From: Nitrospirota bacterium
GTDB lineage: Bacteria; Nitrospirota; Nitrospiria; Nitrospirales; Nitrospiraceae
Direction of reading: 5' to 3'
NCBI GenBank assembly: GCA_963703955.1
Contig: CAVPGK010000017.1
Coordinates: 128,001 to 192,000, forward strand
DNA length: 64,000 nucleotides
Shown here: positions 61,848 to 64,000 of the stretch, in pieces
Layout of the letters: the number at the start of each line of letters is the position of its first letter
Numbering within the stretch: position 1 is the stretch's first letter
Notes under the pieces: generated by a model
Told to the model about the DNA's origin: nothing
Seen by the model: only the letters and a program-made list of their open reading frames with translations
Database searches by the model: none
Program-made: the position numbers and the translations under genes

Positions 61848-62930
61848 CTAATTGTGTGTGGGGTATGAGCCCAGGATTTTCAGGAAGAGGCATCGGCTCT
61901 TGATCTCTTCAAGCGCCTTTTTCACTCGATCCTCTTCAACGTGTCCTTCGACGTCGACGAAAAAGATGTATTCCCAGGCTTTGCGTCGCGAAGGGCGGGA
62001 CTCAATCTTGGTCAGGTTGATTCCGTGCGAGGCAAACGGACGAAGCAGGTCATACAGCGCGCCGACCTTGTCTTTGACGGAGAGCATGATCGAAGTCTTG
62101 TCTTTCCCTGTTCGCTCGGGCGGCTTCTGAGAGAGGACCAAAAATCTCGTGAAATTATTGAGGTTGTCTTCAATCCTCGCCTTGAGCACCTTCAGACCAT
62201 AGAGCTGACCGGCCAATTCAGAGGCAATGGCGGCCGTGGATGGATCATCCGCGCACAGTTCGGCGGCGCGAGCCGTGCTCGGGACCTCCGAGACCGGCAT
62301 GTGAGGGAGGTTTGATTCCAGCCAGTTACGGCATTGGGCAATCGCATGAGGGTGGGAATAGATTTTTTTGATGTCCTCGAGGCGTCCCGTTTTTGACAGC
62401 AGGTGATGAGAGACCTCTTGCAGCACCTCGCCGTAGATGAGGAGGTTGGAATCGATGAACATATCAAGGGTGTGGTTCACTACTCCTTCGGTCGAATTTT
62501 CGATCGGCACGACTCCAAAATTGGCTCGCCCGCGTTCGACCTCATTGAACACATCCTTAATACTGTTGACCGGGAGATACTGGGCGGAATTGCCGAATTT
62601 CTGAATGCAGGCCAAATGGGTAAAGGTCGCTCGGGGTCCCAAATAGGCGACCCGCTGCGGTCCTTCCAGCGACAGCGAGGCCGACATAATCTCCCGATAG
62701 ACCGATCGGATCGCCTCATTTGGGAAAGGACCGGTGTTTCGGTTCATGAGGCGGTCGACGATCTCGGCTTCCCGTCGTGGGGTGTGCAGATTGGCCTCGT
62801 TGTCCGATTGTTTTTTTAATCTTCCGATTTCAATCACGCTCTTCGAGCGTTCGTTCAAGAGACGCAGGATCTGGTCATCGAGCCGATCGATTTCTTTTCT
62901 GAAATGGGGGATGTCTTTATCGTGGGTCAA
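61848..62930 (-). CDS. pheA: Chorismate mutase / prephenate dehydratase
   Basis: N-terminal CM domain (RKEIDRLD..IL.LLNER), PIENSTEG, NFTRF and ACT KIESRP. TTG start after a G-rich RBS. Confidence 0.95.
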   Translation of the reverse strand: MTHDKDIPHFRKEIDRLDDQILRLLNERSKSVIEIGRLKKQSDNEANLHTPRREAEIVDRLMNRNTGPFPNEAIRSVYREIMSASLSLEGPQRVAYLGPRATFTHLACIQKFGNSAQYLPVNSIKDVFNEVERGRANFGVVPIENSTEGVVNHTLDMFIDSNLLIYGEVLQEVSHHLLSKTGRLEDIKKIYSHPHAIAQCRNWLESNLPHMPVSEVPSTARAAELCADDPSTAAIASELAGQLYGLKVLKARIEDNLNNFTRFLVLSQKPPERTGKDKTSIMLSVKDKVGALYDLLRPFASHGINLTKIESRPSRRKAWEYIFFVDVEGHVEEDRVKKALEEIKSRCLFLKILGSYPTHN

Positions 62931-63123
62931 ACCAGCTCCCCCTCTGTGTCGCTGAAAGATCGACCGACCAGGGTTTCCGCACGGAATTCGACGAGACAGA
63001 AAATCATACAGAATCACAATGCGGAATTGCAAGGATATCAATAGGATTTGTCTCTTAAGGGTGGAGGTCGCTCGGGAGCTTTCAGATTAACTGCCGATCG
63101 AAGAATCCCGGCATCATCGGCGT

Positions 63124-64000
63124 TCAGGACAAGAGATCTTTCATTTTTCCGAAATGCTCGAAGGCGGAGCGCGTGGCCTGACGCCCGCGGGCGGTCCGTT
63201 CAAGATAGCCGGACTGAATCAAGTATGGTTCGTAGACGTCTTCTAGCGTGTTCCGTTCCTCATTCACGGCCGCCGCCAAGCTTTCGATTCCTACAGGGCC
63301 GCCGCCGAACTTTTCAATGATGACCAGCAGAATTTTCTGGTCCATCTCATCGAAGCCGGCCGGATCAACGCCCAGCCAGGTCAGGGCATCGTGGGCAACG
63401 TCTCGAGTGATGCGTCCTTCCGCCTTGATCTGGGCATAGTCACGAACCCGTTTGATCAGCCGATTGACGATCCGTGGCGTGCCGCGAGCGCGACCGGCGA
63501 TCTCGGCGGCGCCCTCCGGGTCGATCGGCACGCTCAACAGGCCGGCCGAGCGGGTGACGATACTGTGCAGCTCCCCGGTGGAGTAGAAGTCCAACCGATT
63601 CACTAAGCCGAATCGCTCCCGCAATGGAGAGGTAAGCGCGCCGGCTCGAGTGGTGGCGCCGATCAACGTGAAGCGCGGCAGGTCCAGCTTGACGGTTCTA
63701 GTAGATGGTCCCTGGCCGATGACCAAATCGAGTTGGTAATCCTCCATTGCAGGATATAGGGCCTCTTCGACCGAGGCCGGCAAGCGGTGGATCTCGTCGA
63801 TAAACAGGACATCCCGTTCTTGCAGATTGGTGAGAATGGCGGCCAAATCTCCAGCATGGGCCAGCACCAGCCCTGAGGTGGAGCGGATGGCCACCCCCAT
63901 CTCTCGAGCAATAATGTGGGCGATGGTCGTCTTTCCGAGTCCTGGAGGGCCGTAGAAAATCGCATGGTCCAGCGCCTCGCCGCGACGCTTTGCCGCCTCG
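63124..64000 (-). CDS. ruvB: Holliday junction branch-migration helicase (5' end outside the window)
   Basis: [40 protein letters not shown]. Confidence 0.96.
   Translation of the reverse strand, partial: EAAKRRGEALDHAIFYGPPGLGKTTIAHIIAREMGVAIRSTSGLVLAHAGDLAAILTNLQERDVLFIDEIHRLPASVEEALYPAMEDYQLDLVIGQGPSTRTVKLDLPRFTLIGATTRAGALTSPLRERFGLVNRLDFYSTGELHSIVTRSAGLLSVPIDPEGAAEIAGRARGTPRIVNRLIKRVRDYAQIKAEGRITRDVAHDALTWLGVDPAGFDEMDQKILLVIIEKFGGGPVGIESLAAAVNEERNTLEDVYEPYLIQSGYLERTARGRQATRSAFEHFGKMKDLLS

Overview
Bacterial chromosomal window of fairly high GC that is mostly core metabolism. The gene content and the dispersed CAGGATGCT(C/G)AAAA-ended repeats look to me like Nitrospira/Nitrospirota; this is recollection-based inference, not a database result. 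In order it holds: a partial gamma-carbonic-anhydrase-like gene, rimO, degP with a CusRS-like two-component pair, sdhA-like, gcvP, an accessory block (~11-19.8 kb), the argD-argF-argG-argH-lipoprotein-radical SAM-lysA-dapA-dapB superoperon, gpmA, a small decayed island beside tRNA-Arg(UCG), an RRM protein, aroE/aroK, an SDR, trmI, nfeD-slipin, a sigma-70 paralog, lipB-gdhA, a D,D-carboxypeptidase, an FG-GAP lipoprotein, and the ruvB / pheA-hisC-aroF-tyrA-aroA-cmk-plsC-rpsA-sppA-ihfB block. The accessory block contains a frameshifted BON protein, an HtrA-like protease, a Tat-exported PLP enzyme, a heme-oxygenase-like diiron enzyme and small proteins. I saw no CRISPR array, transposase, integrase or rRNA. 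The most notable signals are: (1) a modular MITE-like repeat family with swappable internal cassettes, one cassette also forming a tandem array and two copies precisely bracketing the SDR gene; (2) two unexplained structured-RNA-like intergenic elements (18144-18293 and 51570-51647); (3) a B12 radical SAM enzyme with a STAS-like tail coupled to lysA; (4) a four-repeat PCP_red-like protein behind ihfB; (5) a non-CADD diiron enzyme next to a Tat PLP enzyme; (6) cmk with a non-canonical start behind a perfect promoter inside aroA; (7) two single-site frameshifts that may be biological or assembly errors.
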